The notes under the pieces were generated by a model. It had not been told where the DNA came from, made no database searches, and was given only the letters and a program-made list of their open reading frames with translations. A program made the position numbers and the translations under genes. A stretch of 41,016 nucleotides of DNA from Spirulina sp. GTDB lineage: Bacteria; Cyanobacteriota; Cyanobacteriia; Phormidesmidales; Phormidesmidaceae. The stretch lies in assembly GCA_044070495.1 (NCBI GenBank), contig JBIPSI010000040.1, positions 1 through 41,016 on the forward strand, written 5' to 3'. Within the stretch, counting starts at the first letter, position 1. Each line of letters opens with the position of its first letter. This document shows, piece by piece, positions 21,401-28,737 of the stretch.

Positions 21401-21793
21401 ATTCGCACCAATGCCCTAGAGCCGCTGTTGTCACCCCTGGAGGCGATCAATCCCACGGCTATCAAAGCTCGGTTGGATCACCTGTTCAGCATCATGGTGA
21501 ACACGGTCAAAACTGGCGTCAAAACCCTACTGGATGACATTGCCCAGGTGGTCGATCAACAACTCCAGGACATTCGCACCGCCATTGTCACCCTCATTGA
21601 AGGGGTGGAGGGCAGCATCGACACCGCCACCCAGACGATTCAAGCCATCATTGCCGAAGTAGAGCAGTTGATTTTTGTGGAGCTGTTAGAACGACTCAAC
21701 CGCGTGATTGACAACCTGGGGGTTAGCTTTGATGCCGAAACCCGGCGGGTGGTCAACGCCTTTGAAGCCATGCTCAATGCGGCCCCTGTGTAG
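18416..21793 (+). CDS. 1125-aa amphipathic alpha-helical repeat protein (tape measure or cargo)
   Basis: Leu/Ala/Gln/Asp-rich with recurring L-[NDS]-P-x-x-L-x-x-P-L units; no enzyme motif seen. Confidence 0.6.
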   Translation: MGILQSLPDSSQLATIGSGATQDVGTLLSSLGRLAEGGTDSPLGSVVQALQSLTTHLDIDVSGLTEQLPQAITVIQNALPADTLEYVEDLQTAYDTARQFLAESAIAEQIQAGGDLQAAALAVVADALRLFDGRLTQLTTQLLPSDALTQVEAVFAQLEAFQAAVPTQPEALLPFLTDNLIGVAPDLLAVPLSQVNAVYALVGPLSQPEPVEAAQAVIATHFASVLATLNDFDATDTAAYTQLQTQLTALETALDQQVTAITALYDAVETQITEFDDTALLTLYRQSLEAITLPPVFSPAQAINSVVAVLEELMGRLHLSLGVDDLTDRVNHLSDTIRQTFLNSGLGQIRQTLRGYLEEIQGAIENIPTEVIQATVVGMLERVRQELDHLGITQIEAQITAAFTAAETFVTDTFNEGLQGTVRTALAQLLSEIRSLPVADLINELTRILDELNRLILEFKAALSGYMEEFRTFVAQLDQLSFKPLSDEVVQEIEALKARLAAMDPTALSDIEKLALKAALVVLEELDLDAQVVTLLNQGFGEAQTQVRGLLGDLTGLLNRLRDQVNNVNPQTLLKPLYDLLDQGVAQVNRLNANLLMGPLYTQLEEQAARLQTLSPGQLLDPLQSPYDQMLQVVNRLNPDQWVAPLHDLYAYIDQLISYVDITPLMEQLETQRQELFAKAREAILSGLDAVNLPAPLDQFWAAIRTVLGGFTDAIFGDPETELRQLSIEVRSQFRLSSLFTPLDAVFDRLIGLLDQVPQTPLVDTLNAIREGIGIALHSLDPMVVQQRLRQGQQWLESLNPAGRFSTTLQLPQVQAQFTLQVAGAPAGQAAAITTLTAQITTLAGEFGLGRAGSPLSRLAQRHQQLMTTLRHKINGLNLDAVKPAYARLKDSLEQRLPDFLRLPTPLTYGDVKAGLASLRPAALTQRLDRAVDRFLQQLAPLEAALEPAVNGFFAGLRDTLMLINPLTLKDAVADIYATVRSKVRILDPTALADAIRTNALEPLLSPLEAINPTAIKARLDHLFSIMVNTVKTGVKTLLDDIAQVVDQQLQDIRTAIVTLIEGVEGSIDTATQTIQAIIAEVEQLIFVELLERLNRVIDNLGVSFDAETRRVVNAFEAMLNAAPV

Positions 21794-21804
21794 GAGAAAC
21801 CCCG

Positions 21805-24800
21805 ATGCCATCGCCCCCATCCCTCCCCCTCACACCGACCGATCGCTCCCCTTCGGAGTCGGCGGCCCTGACGCGGTTGACAGCCCTGTTGGCCCAGCAA
21901 CAGCGGATGCAGGTTGAGATGGCGGATGATCGCCGCCGCACGGTGACGGCCCCCGATGGTAGCCAGAGCACCTACGACTATGACGATCGCGGCAATCTGA
22001 TCCACCTCACAGAACCCAACGGCGAACAGCGCCACTTTGCCTATGATCGCCAAAACCGCCTGACCCAAGCCACCCACAGCGACGGTACCACCACTCACTA
22101 CACCTACAGCGATGGCCCCCACAGCCGCCTGATAGCCATCCAAAACGGGGCGCGCCGCTACACCTTCCGTCACGACGCTCAGGGGCGACTGGTGCAAGCC
22201 CAGCAGGGTAATGCGGGCACGGTGGTCTACCGCTACGATGACCAGGGCCATGGGATCGAGGCCCGGACAGATTGGGTGTCTACGCGCACCGTTGACCCTC
22301 ACCCCCAACTCGACCAGGGGGAGGAGTCCCACGCCATCCACCAGACGATCAACGGTGTCACCCTGACGGCTACCTATGGCTACAACGCTGCCGGACAACT
22401 CACCACCCTCACCCTGCCGGGTAGCGATCGCCCCTTCCGCTTTACCTGGACAGCGGCTGAAGGGTGGCCGCTGGCGGTTACGTGGGACGACCAGCCCCTC
22501 GCCCAGTTTGACTATGGGCGATCGCAGAAAACCACCCACCTCCACTTCGCGAATGGCCTCACCGAAACCACCCAGGCCGACCCGATAGACAACCGCCCGA
22601 TGCAGCGTCAGGTGCGGCGTGGGGACGAAATTCTGTGGCAACGCACCCTCACCTACACCGAGGTGGGGCAGATTGCAGCGGATGGGGATCGCATCTACCA
22701 CTACGACGACGATGGCCGCTTGGTTCAGGTCGAGGCTGACGTGATCTCTAGGAACAAAGAAACTGGTCTGGGGCTACAGGCCACCTATCGCTACGATGCC
22801 GTCGACAACCGCATCGAGCACACCGATGCCCAGGGAACCTGGCACTACACCTACGGTACGCAAAATCGCCTGCACAGCCTCACCGCCCCCGACGGTCGCC
22901 AGCAGCAGTTTCGCTACGATGGGGCAGGCCGCCTGCGGTATCGGCAACAGCCCACCGGGCAATGGAGCTACCGCTACGACGATGCCCATCAGTTGATTGA
23001 GGTGCAGTATAAGGGCGATCGCTTGGCCCACTTCACCTACGACCATAAGGGTCGCCTGGTGCTCAGCCAAACCCACCGGGGGCAGCGTCGCTACCTGTAC
23101 GGGGCCGATGATGCCCTCCTAGCGATCACCGATTCGCAGGGTCAACCGATCTCGACCTTTGTGCGCACCCCGCTAGGGCTGCTGGCCGAAATTCGCTGGC
23201 ACCACGGGCAACCGACGATTTACTACAGCCACCACGATGACCAAGGCAGCCGCCATCTCCTCACCGATGCGGAGGGCAACGTGGTGACCCAGTTCGCCTA
23301 TGGGGCCTACGGGAGGCCTGAGCCCTGGGGTGAAGTCGGCACCGAAACGGCCACCCCAGGATCATCTCCACCGCCTGCCGTGGGGGACGCCCTTTATACG
23401 GGGCATCTCTACTTTGCGGAAATCGGACTTTACTACTGCCGTGCCCGCTGGTACGACCCCACCCTAGGCCGCTTCCTCACCCCCGATACCTACACCGGCT
23501 GCCCCGACGATGAACGGCTGGTGAATCCCCTCACGCCGGCCCATCGTCAATTTGCCGCCAGAGCAGACATTCTAGACCGCTGGTTGCAGGATTTTCGTGA
23601 TCGCAACCGCTACACCTATTGCCGCAACGACCCGGTCAACCAGGTCGATCCCACCGGGCACTGGTCCTTTGGCGGGGTGCTGCTGTCTATTTTGGGAGCG
23701 ATTTGGACGTTGCCCAACACCCTGATTGGGCTGGTGCTGGAAATTACCTGCTTAATTGGCGAAGTGATTCGCTGGATTGTGTGGCTGTTTAGCGGCGGTA
23801 ACCTCACTTGGGAAACGGTGGGCTTCGATGCAGCGGCCTCCAGTCACCTCAATGCCTTTGCCCTGGTGTTTGAAGGGGGCTGGCTAGGCTCGATGCCAAA
23901 CCAGTTGTTGGGCATCACCTTTGGCAATGTCTTCTTTGTGTACAAAAAGTGGCGCGACGAACCCGCCTACCAGGGGGAAGCGTTAGTCTATCCACCCGCT
24001 TACCATGGCCGGGTGGGCATTCCCCGAAATCGCACCCTCTACGAACACGAACTGCGTCATACCAATCAGTACGGCTGGTTTGGGCCTTTCTTCTTAATTG
24101 GCCTGCCCATTTGGGGCGTGTACGTCTGGGACGTCATCGTCAATGGCTACTTTAATGCGTGGCTGGAGCGAGATGCCCGTGCCCATTCCCAAGGGCCAAC
24201 GACAACAACGGTGCCCCCGGAACTGACCACCACCACACCCCCACCGACCATTCCAGAGCCAGAATTACCCGAACCTGAGGAACCCGAACCTGAGGAACCC
24301 GAACCAGAAGAGCCCTTGGACGATCTGGATGCAGCCACGGTGTACGGCGGCTATGCCCTTCGCCGGGGCGATCGCGACACCGGATTCCTTTACGCTGGAG
24401 CCTCCCGCACCGCCGCCGCAGGCGACCCCCTACCCACCGCTGGAGCCATCGGCTTTGTCCAGGAACTCCAGCAGGATTTGATCACCCTCGGCTTTACCCT
24501 CGTTGGCACGGCGGATGGGGACTTTGGTCGAACGGTGGAATGGGCCGTGCGGGAGTTTCAGGCCTACGCCAAAATGCCCCAACTGGCCGAGGAAGCGGTT
24601 CCCCCACCAGGGGTAACCACCGCCTACGAAGACCGCCTCAGCGCTATTGCCAACCCCACCCCCTACTCCGGCCCCGTGAGCGGCGTGGTCAACGACCCTA
24701 CCCGCGTGCTGATTAAACGCTGGGTAGCCAATCGCTGGCGGTGTCCGGTAGTGATCAGTGCCCGCCAGGTGACGGCGGGCAACCCCGGCGCAATTTTCAA

Positions 24801-26001
24801 TAACCACGCCAACATCTGGCTCCATAACGAAGTCACCAGTTCCAGCCCCCGCATGTATGCCCGCGACTTCAGCGGCTACTATGCGCTGCCCCCAGGACGC
24901 AATGCCAATGATTTACAGGTGGTGGGCGACTATGTCACCTACCTCAGTTGGGATGGGCCGCGTTCCCTGCCACCTAACCACACCTGGACTGAGGCGGAAC
25001 TGCTGCCAGAGTCTCTGATGGGCCAGCCGCTCACCAGCCTAACCGCCGCCCAGCGCTCCACCTACAAGGTGATTCGGGCCGTATCGGAGGTGGAATGTAT
25101 CGGCTTTTTTGACAGCGTCAACGCCTATGACAACGCCTTCATTTCCGTTGGCCCCTGCCACTGGACCCTGGGCATTGTCTCCGCTACAGGGGTGATGTCC
25201 GAAGGGGAACTCTGCGGCTATTTAGCCTACCTGCGCCACCACGACCCCGCCACCTTCCAGCAGGCCTTTGAGCACTTTGGGATGCGGGTAGATGAGGATT
25301 GGGTCGCCGCCGATGGTACTGCCAATGGTGCCCCCCTGTTCCAGAGCAGTTCCCGCAAGTATGCCGGGTGGGTCGCCCTTCAACAGGAAGACGGCAGCTT
25401 TGCCCGTCTGGCTTTTACCGAAGCGGAGGGCAATTACTTCAAGACCTGGCATTGGTTCTACCGCTTTGTGATGGCGGGTCGCACCCTGGCGGGGTATCGC
25501 CGAGGCATGGGGGATATGGCCCGCATCCGCCTGCGCGACATTGCCAGCACCCCCTGGAGTGCTGCCGCTGGGGTGCCCGCTGTACCCGACGGCAGCGGTG
25601 GTACCCGCCCCGCCACCCTGGGGGATGTGTACACCTCCGAACGGGCGATGGCCTGGTTGCTGCGGTGGCACATTCGCTTTCCGGCCCATGTGGTGTCGGG
25701 CGGCCACGAAGGCACAACGCTGCGGAATGCCTACCAACGGGCGGCGATTCCCCTCAGTGCCGGAGATCCCTCCACCTGGGGGGAGGCCCAGGAAACCGCT
25801 CTCCTGCAAGGACTGATCGACCAGGTACAGGCGGTGGGCAACAGTGGCTTCACCGACACGATGGAATACGTCCGCGATTGGCCCCGCTGGGCCGGGGGCA
25901 GCAACCCACGGGGGTTTACCCTCGACCCCACCATCGGCACACTGGCCACCACCCGCCATTCCTTTACCTTTGACCCCACCGGATTGCCCCCACCCCCTTA
26001 A
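21805..26001 (+). CDS. RHS/YD-repeat protein with TM/HExxH region, peptidoglycan-binding domain and putative muramidase domain
   Basis: YD repeats to about aa 500; RHS core GLYYCRARWYDPTLGRFLTPD...NDPVNQVDPTG (DPTG aa 615-618); HELRH at aa 748; PEEPE linker; LQQDLITLGF...DGDFG...AVREFQ; SEVE...FDSVNAYD...SVGPCHWT. Confidence 0.88.
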   Translation: MPSPPSLPLTPTDRSPSESAALTRLTALLAQQQRMQVEMADDRRRTVTAPDGSQSTYDYDDRGNLIHLTEPNGEQRHFAYDRQNRLTQATHSDGTTTHYTYSDGPHSRLIAIQNGARRYTFRHDAQGRLVQAQQGNAGTVVYRYDDQGHGIEARTDWVSTRTVDPHPQLDQGEESHAIHQTINGVTLTATYGYNAAGQLTTLTLPGSDRPFRFTWTAAEGWPLAVTWDDQPLAQFDYGRSQKTTHLHFANGLTETTQADPIDNRPMQRQVRRGDEILWQRTLTYTEVGQIAADGDRIYHYDDDGRLVQVEADVISRNKETGLGLQATYRYDAVDNRIEHTDAQGTWHYTYGTQNRLHSLTAPDGRQQQFRYDGAGRLRYRQQPTGQWSYRYDDAHQLIEVQYKGDRLAHFTYDHKGRLVLSQTHRGQRRYLYGADDALLAITDSQGQPISTFVRTPLGLLAEIRWHHGQPTIYYSHHDDQGSRHLLTDAEGNVVTQFAYGAYGRPEPWGEVGTETATPGSSPPPAVGDALYTGHLYFAEIGLYYCRARWYDPTLGRFLTPDTYTGCPDDERLVNPLTPAHRQFAARADILDRWLQDFRDRNRYTYCRNDPVNQVDPTGHWSFGGVLLSILGAIWTLPNTLIGLVLEITCLIGEVIRWIVWLFSGGNLTWETVGFDAAASSHLNAFALVFEGGWLGSMPNQLLGITFGNVFFVYKKWRDEPAYQGEALVYPPAYHGRVGIPRNRTLYEHELRHTNQYGWFGPFFLIGLPIWGVYVWDVIVNGYFNAWLERDARAHSQGPTTTTVPPELTTTTPPPTIPEPELPEPEEPEPEEPEPEEPLDDLDAATVYGGYALRRGDRDTGFLYAGASRTAAAGDPLPTAGAIGFVQELQQDLITLGFTLVGTADGDFGRTVEWAVREFQAYAKMPQLAEEAVPPPGVTTAYEDRLSAIANPTPYSGPVSGVVNDPTRVLIKRWVANRWRCPVVISARQVTAGNPGAIFNNHANIWLHNEVTSSSPRMYARDFSGYYALPPGRNANDLQVVGDYVTYLSWDGPRSLPPNHTWTEAELLPESLMGQPLTSLTAAQRSTYKVIRAVSEVECIGFFDSVNAYDNAFISVGPCHWTLGIVSATGVMSEGELCGYLAYLRHHDPATFQQAFEHFGMRVDEDWVAADGTANGAPLFQSSSRKYAGWVALQQEDGSFARLAFTEAEGNYFKTWHWFYRFVMAGRTLAGYRRGMGDMARIRLRDIASTPWSAAAGVPAVPDGSGGTRPATLGDVYTSERAMAWLLRWHIRFPAHVVSGGHEGTTLRNAYQRAAIPLSAGDPSTWGEAQETALLQGLIDQVQAVGNSGFTDTMEYVRDWPRWAGGSNPRGFTLDPTIGTLATTRHSFTFDPTGLPPPP

Positions 26002-26046
26002 TCCGACTCACCCCCACCCCTACTCCCTATCCCCTACCCCCACCCC

Positions 26047-27090
26047 ATGCCCCCCCTCCGCCCCACCTTCACCCTCACCATCGGCACACTGCAAACCAGC
26101 AGTGATCGCCCCGTGGCCGGTCTCACCTACCTCACGGTTGATCGCGATATGGACAGCCCTGGCGATGGGCTGCGCCTAGGGCTGATGGCGCGATCTGGCA
26201 TCCAGGTTGGGGATGCGATCACCCTAGCCCTCGGCCACGATGGCGAGAATCAGGCGGTATTTGCGGGAACGGTGGCCCGCCTCCTACCCACCATTGCCGG
26301 GGTGCAGGTGCAGGGCATCGGCAAGCTCAACGCGTTGGCCACCTTCCACACCGCCCAGTTCTACGACAACCAAACCGCTGGCCACATTGCCCGCGACCTG
26401 ATTCAGCAAGCCGGGTTGACCGCAGGCACCCTCGATAGCGGGCCAACCCTGCCCCGCTACGCCGTTGATCGCCGCCTCAGTGTCTATGGCCATTTGCGCC
26501 AGTTGGCCCAGCGCCTCGGCTACGAGCTGTACGGCGATCGCAACGGGAACGTGATGTTCCACGGGCTGGGCGCTGCCGCCCAGTTGGACCGTGGCCTGGG
26601 GGGGGGCTTGGGGGGCTTGAGCAGCCTAGCCGGGGGGGCAACCCATTTGATGTTTGGGCACCATGTGCTCCAGGCCCAGGCCATCCAGCAACGGGCTCCT
26701 GCGGGCCAAGTCACCGTGGGGGGCGAAAGCCCCATGTCGCGCCAGGGAGACCCCACCGCCCACTGGCTCGCCACCGCCGACAACAGCCCCACGGGCACGG
26801 CGGGCCAGGGCCATCCCACCCGGCTGATCGTCGATGGGCTGGCGAGGACACGGGATTTGGCGGATCGCTTAGCCGCCGGAGTCAAGGCCACGGGGGATCG
26901 CACTACCCACCGTCTCCAGGTGCGCGTGCTGGGGCTACCCCGCCTTGACCTGGGAGACCCCCTGCAAACCCAAGCCCTACCGGATACAGGACTTAACGGC
27001 AGCGGCTATGTGCGATCGTTATGCCACCGCTTCGGCGAGGGCAGCGGCTTTACCACCGATCTCACCCTGGTGGTAGGAGGAGGGGCATGA
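26047..27090 (+). CDS. Baseplate hub (gp27 / P2 gpD-like)
   Basis: LGHDGENQAVFAGTV, LRQLAQRLGYELY, LGLPRLDLGD, GYVRSLCHRF...GFTT pattern. Confidence 0.85.
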   Translation: MPPLRPTFTLTIGTLQTSSDRPVAGLTYLTVDRDMDSPGDGLRLGLMARSGIQVGDAITLALGHDGENQAVFAGTVARLLPTIAGVQVQGIGKLNALATFHTAQFYDNQTAGHIARDLIQQAGLTAGTLDSGPTLPRYAVDRRLSVYGHLRQLAQRLGYELYGDRNGNVMFHGLGAAAQLDRGLGGGLGGLSSLAGGATHLMFGHHVLQAQAIQQRAPAGQVTVGGESPMSRQGDPTAHWLATADNSPTGTAGQGHPTRLIVDGLARTRDLADRLAAGVKATGDRTTHRLQVRVLGLPRLDLGDPLQTQALPDTGLNGSGYVRSLCHRFGEGSGFTTDLTLVVGGGA

Positions 27091-27761
27091 CCAACCTGGC
27101 CGCCATCATTCAGCGCATCGTGCAGCAGGAGCTCGCCCACCAGCGATCCAGTGAGTTGGGGGTGGTCACCGAGCTTTTTCCCCACACCACTGCCGATGAT
27201 AACCACAACTACGAGGCCAGTGTGCGCCTCAAACACGACGGATTAGACCTACCCAAGGTGGCCATCGCCGTCAACCATCTGGGGGTGGCCACCCCGCCCA
27301 ACGTGGGGGATTTGGTACTGGTGCAGTTCATCAATGGCGACCTCAATCAGCCCGTGATTACCGGACGCTTTTACCACAGCGATGCAGCCCCCCCCCTCCA
27401 CACCGCCGATGATCTGTTGTGGGAGCAGCGCGTTGCCAACGACAACACCCTCAACCACCTGCGCTTCACGGCGGACGGTACCATCTGGCTGCAACGGGAC
27501 GTAACCAAGCCCGAAGACAACAGCGAGGCCAAAACCAGCCTCAAAATCGATGGGGCTACGGGGGATATCGAACTCAAATCGGGAGCCGTCACCGTCGCCA
27601 TCACCCATGATCAGTCGATTGTGATTACGGATAAAAGCGGTAACTCGATTGAAATGAGCGACGCAGCATTCACCTTAACGTCCAAAGTGCCTTTCAAAAT
27701 CGATGCCTCCGGCCAATCGTTAGAAATCAAGGCCAACACCATTGACTTCAACAAGGGGTAG
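27087..27761 (+). CDS. Central spike (gp5 / gpV OB-fold plus short beta-helix)
   Basis: ATG 27087 overlaps the hub stop; LGVVT, PPNVGDLVLVQFINGDLNQPVITGRFY; ends IDFN. Confidence 0.9.
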   Translation: MTNLAAIIQRIVQQELAHQRSSELGVVTELFPHTTADDNHNYEASVRLKHDGLDLPKVAIAVNHLGVATPPNVGDLVLVQFINGDLNQPVITGRFYHSDAAPPLHTADDLLWEQRVANDNTLNHLRFTADGTIWLQRDVTKPEDNSEAKTSLKIDGATGDIELKSGAVTVAITHDQSIVITDKSGNSIEMSDAAFTLTSKVPFKIDASGQSLEIKANTIDFNKG

Positions 27762-27765
27762 CGAC

Positions 27766-28272
27766 ATGGGCAAAAAAATTGTGGTGCAAAACGATGCGGT
27801 GGAAGGGACGGATAAGCATAACGTCATGGGTGATGCGACGAATCCATCGCCGCCGCCGCCCAGTATCCCAAGTACGGTCTGGGTGGCCGACTTTGACTAT
27901 GTGGGCAAAATGACCGATGGCCTCAGCGATTTCGTCCACATTAACGGGCAAGCCATTGCGTTGAAAACCAGCAAAAGCTCCCTCAACCCTGGGGAAGATG
28001 TCGCCCCCACGGGAAAACACAGTGGCGCTCAAGGCAAAACCTTTGTGCCGCCTGCCCCGCCCCCCTTTCCGGCAACCCAAGCCAATTTGACCATCACCGA
28101 TCCCATTGGTGATGGAAAACCCAATCTGGGGGCTGGCAGCAGGTTTGTGTCCATCGGGGGCACGGCGATTTTGCTAGATGGGGATCGCATCGATACCTGC
28201 GACGGGCTCAGCGTACCCGGTAACTCAACAGTCTCAGCGGCCAATCAAGATTTTGTGTCCTGTTCAGAGTGA
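27766..28272 (+). CDS. PAAR-like spike tip protein
   Basis: Follows the spike; SDFVHING, GSRFVSIGG...LLDGD...TC, QDFV repeats like PAAR strands; His and Cys candidates for a metal site; Pro-rich loops. Confidence 0.65.
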   Translation: MGKKIVVQNDAVEGTDKHNVMGDATNPSPPPPSIPSTVWVADFDYVGKMTDGLSDFVHINGQAIALKTSKSSLNPGEDVAPTGKHSGAQGKTFVPPAPPPFPATQANLTITDPIGDGKPNLGAGSRFVSIGGTAILLDGDRIDTCDGLSVPGNSTVSAANQDFVSCSE

Positions 28273-28308
28273 GTGTCCTATTCGGAGTCAGTGTCCTATT
28301 CGGAGTCA
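28273..28308. repeat. 18-bp tandem duplication covering the RBS of the gp25 gene
   Basis: GTGTCCTATTCGGAGTCA twice (28273-28290, 28291-28308). Confidence 0.9.
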
Positions 28309-28314
28309 GTATTT

Positions 28315-28737
28315 ATGGAACGTGACGTCCTCTTTGGCCAAGACCTGCTGCTGCACAATCGCTTCGGTGGCCTAGATCTGGGTAGCGACGGCAATCGCGA
28401 CCTGGGTTTGGCCACGGGTTACGACAACGCCATCCAAGCCCTCACCCTGCGGCTCCGGGTGCGCCAGGGAGAACTAGCCCCCCTGGGCTGGCCCACCTAT
28501 GGCTCGCGGCTACACGAACTGATTGGCACCCCCAACACCCCACCCACCCACCTCAAGCTGATGGCCTATGCTCGCGCAGCAATCACCGCCGACCCTCGCG
28601 TTGCCGAAATTGTGGACATCCAAACCCAAGTCATCCCTGGCGAACGAAACACCGTGCGCCTACTGATGGACATTCGCCTGATAGATAGCCCGACCCCTCT
28701 CAACCTGGTGTTTGACCTCAACCTGGAGGCAGCATGA
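28315..28737 (+). CDS. gp25/gpW-like baseplate wedge (sheath initiator)
   Basis: NAIQALTLRLRVRQGEL...YGSRLHELIG...DPRV; ATG 28315 has GGAG RBS. Confidence 0.9.
   Translation: MERDVLFGQDLLLHNRFGGLDLGSDGNRDLGLATGYDNAIQALTLRLRVRQGELAPLGWPTYGSRLHELIGTPNTPPTHLKLMAYARAAITADPRVAEIVDIQTQVIPGERNTVRLLMDIRLIDSPTPLNLVFDLNLEAA

Noticed and set aside
21640..22701. Long antisense ORFs (also 25222..25959, 13900..14508, 39171..39773)
   Set aside because: Shadow frames opposite well-supported genes in GC-rich DNA.
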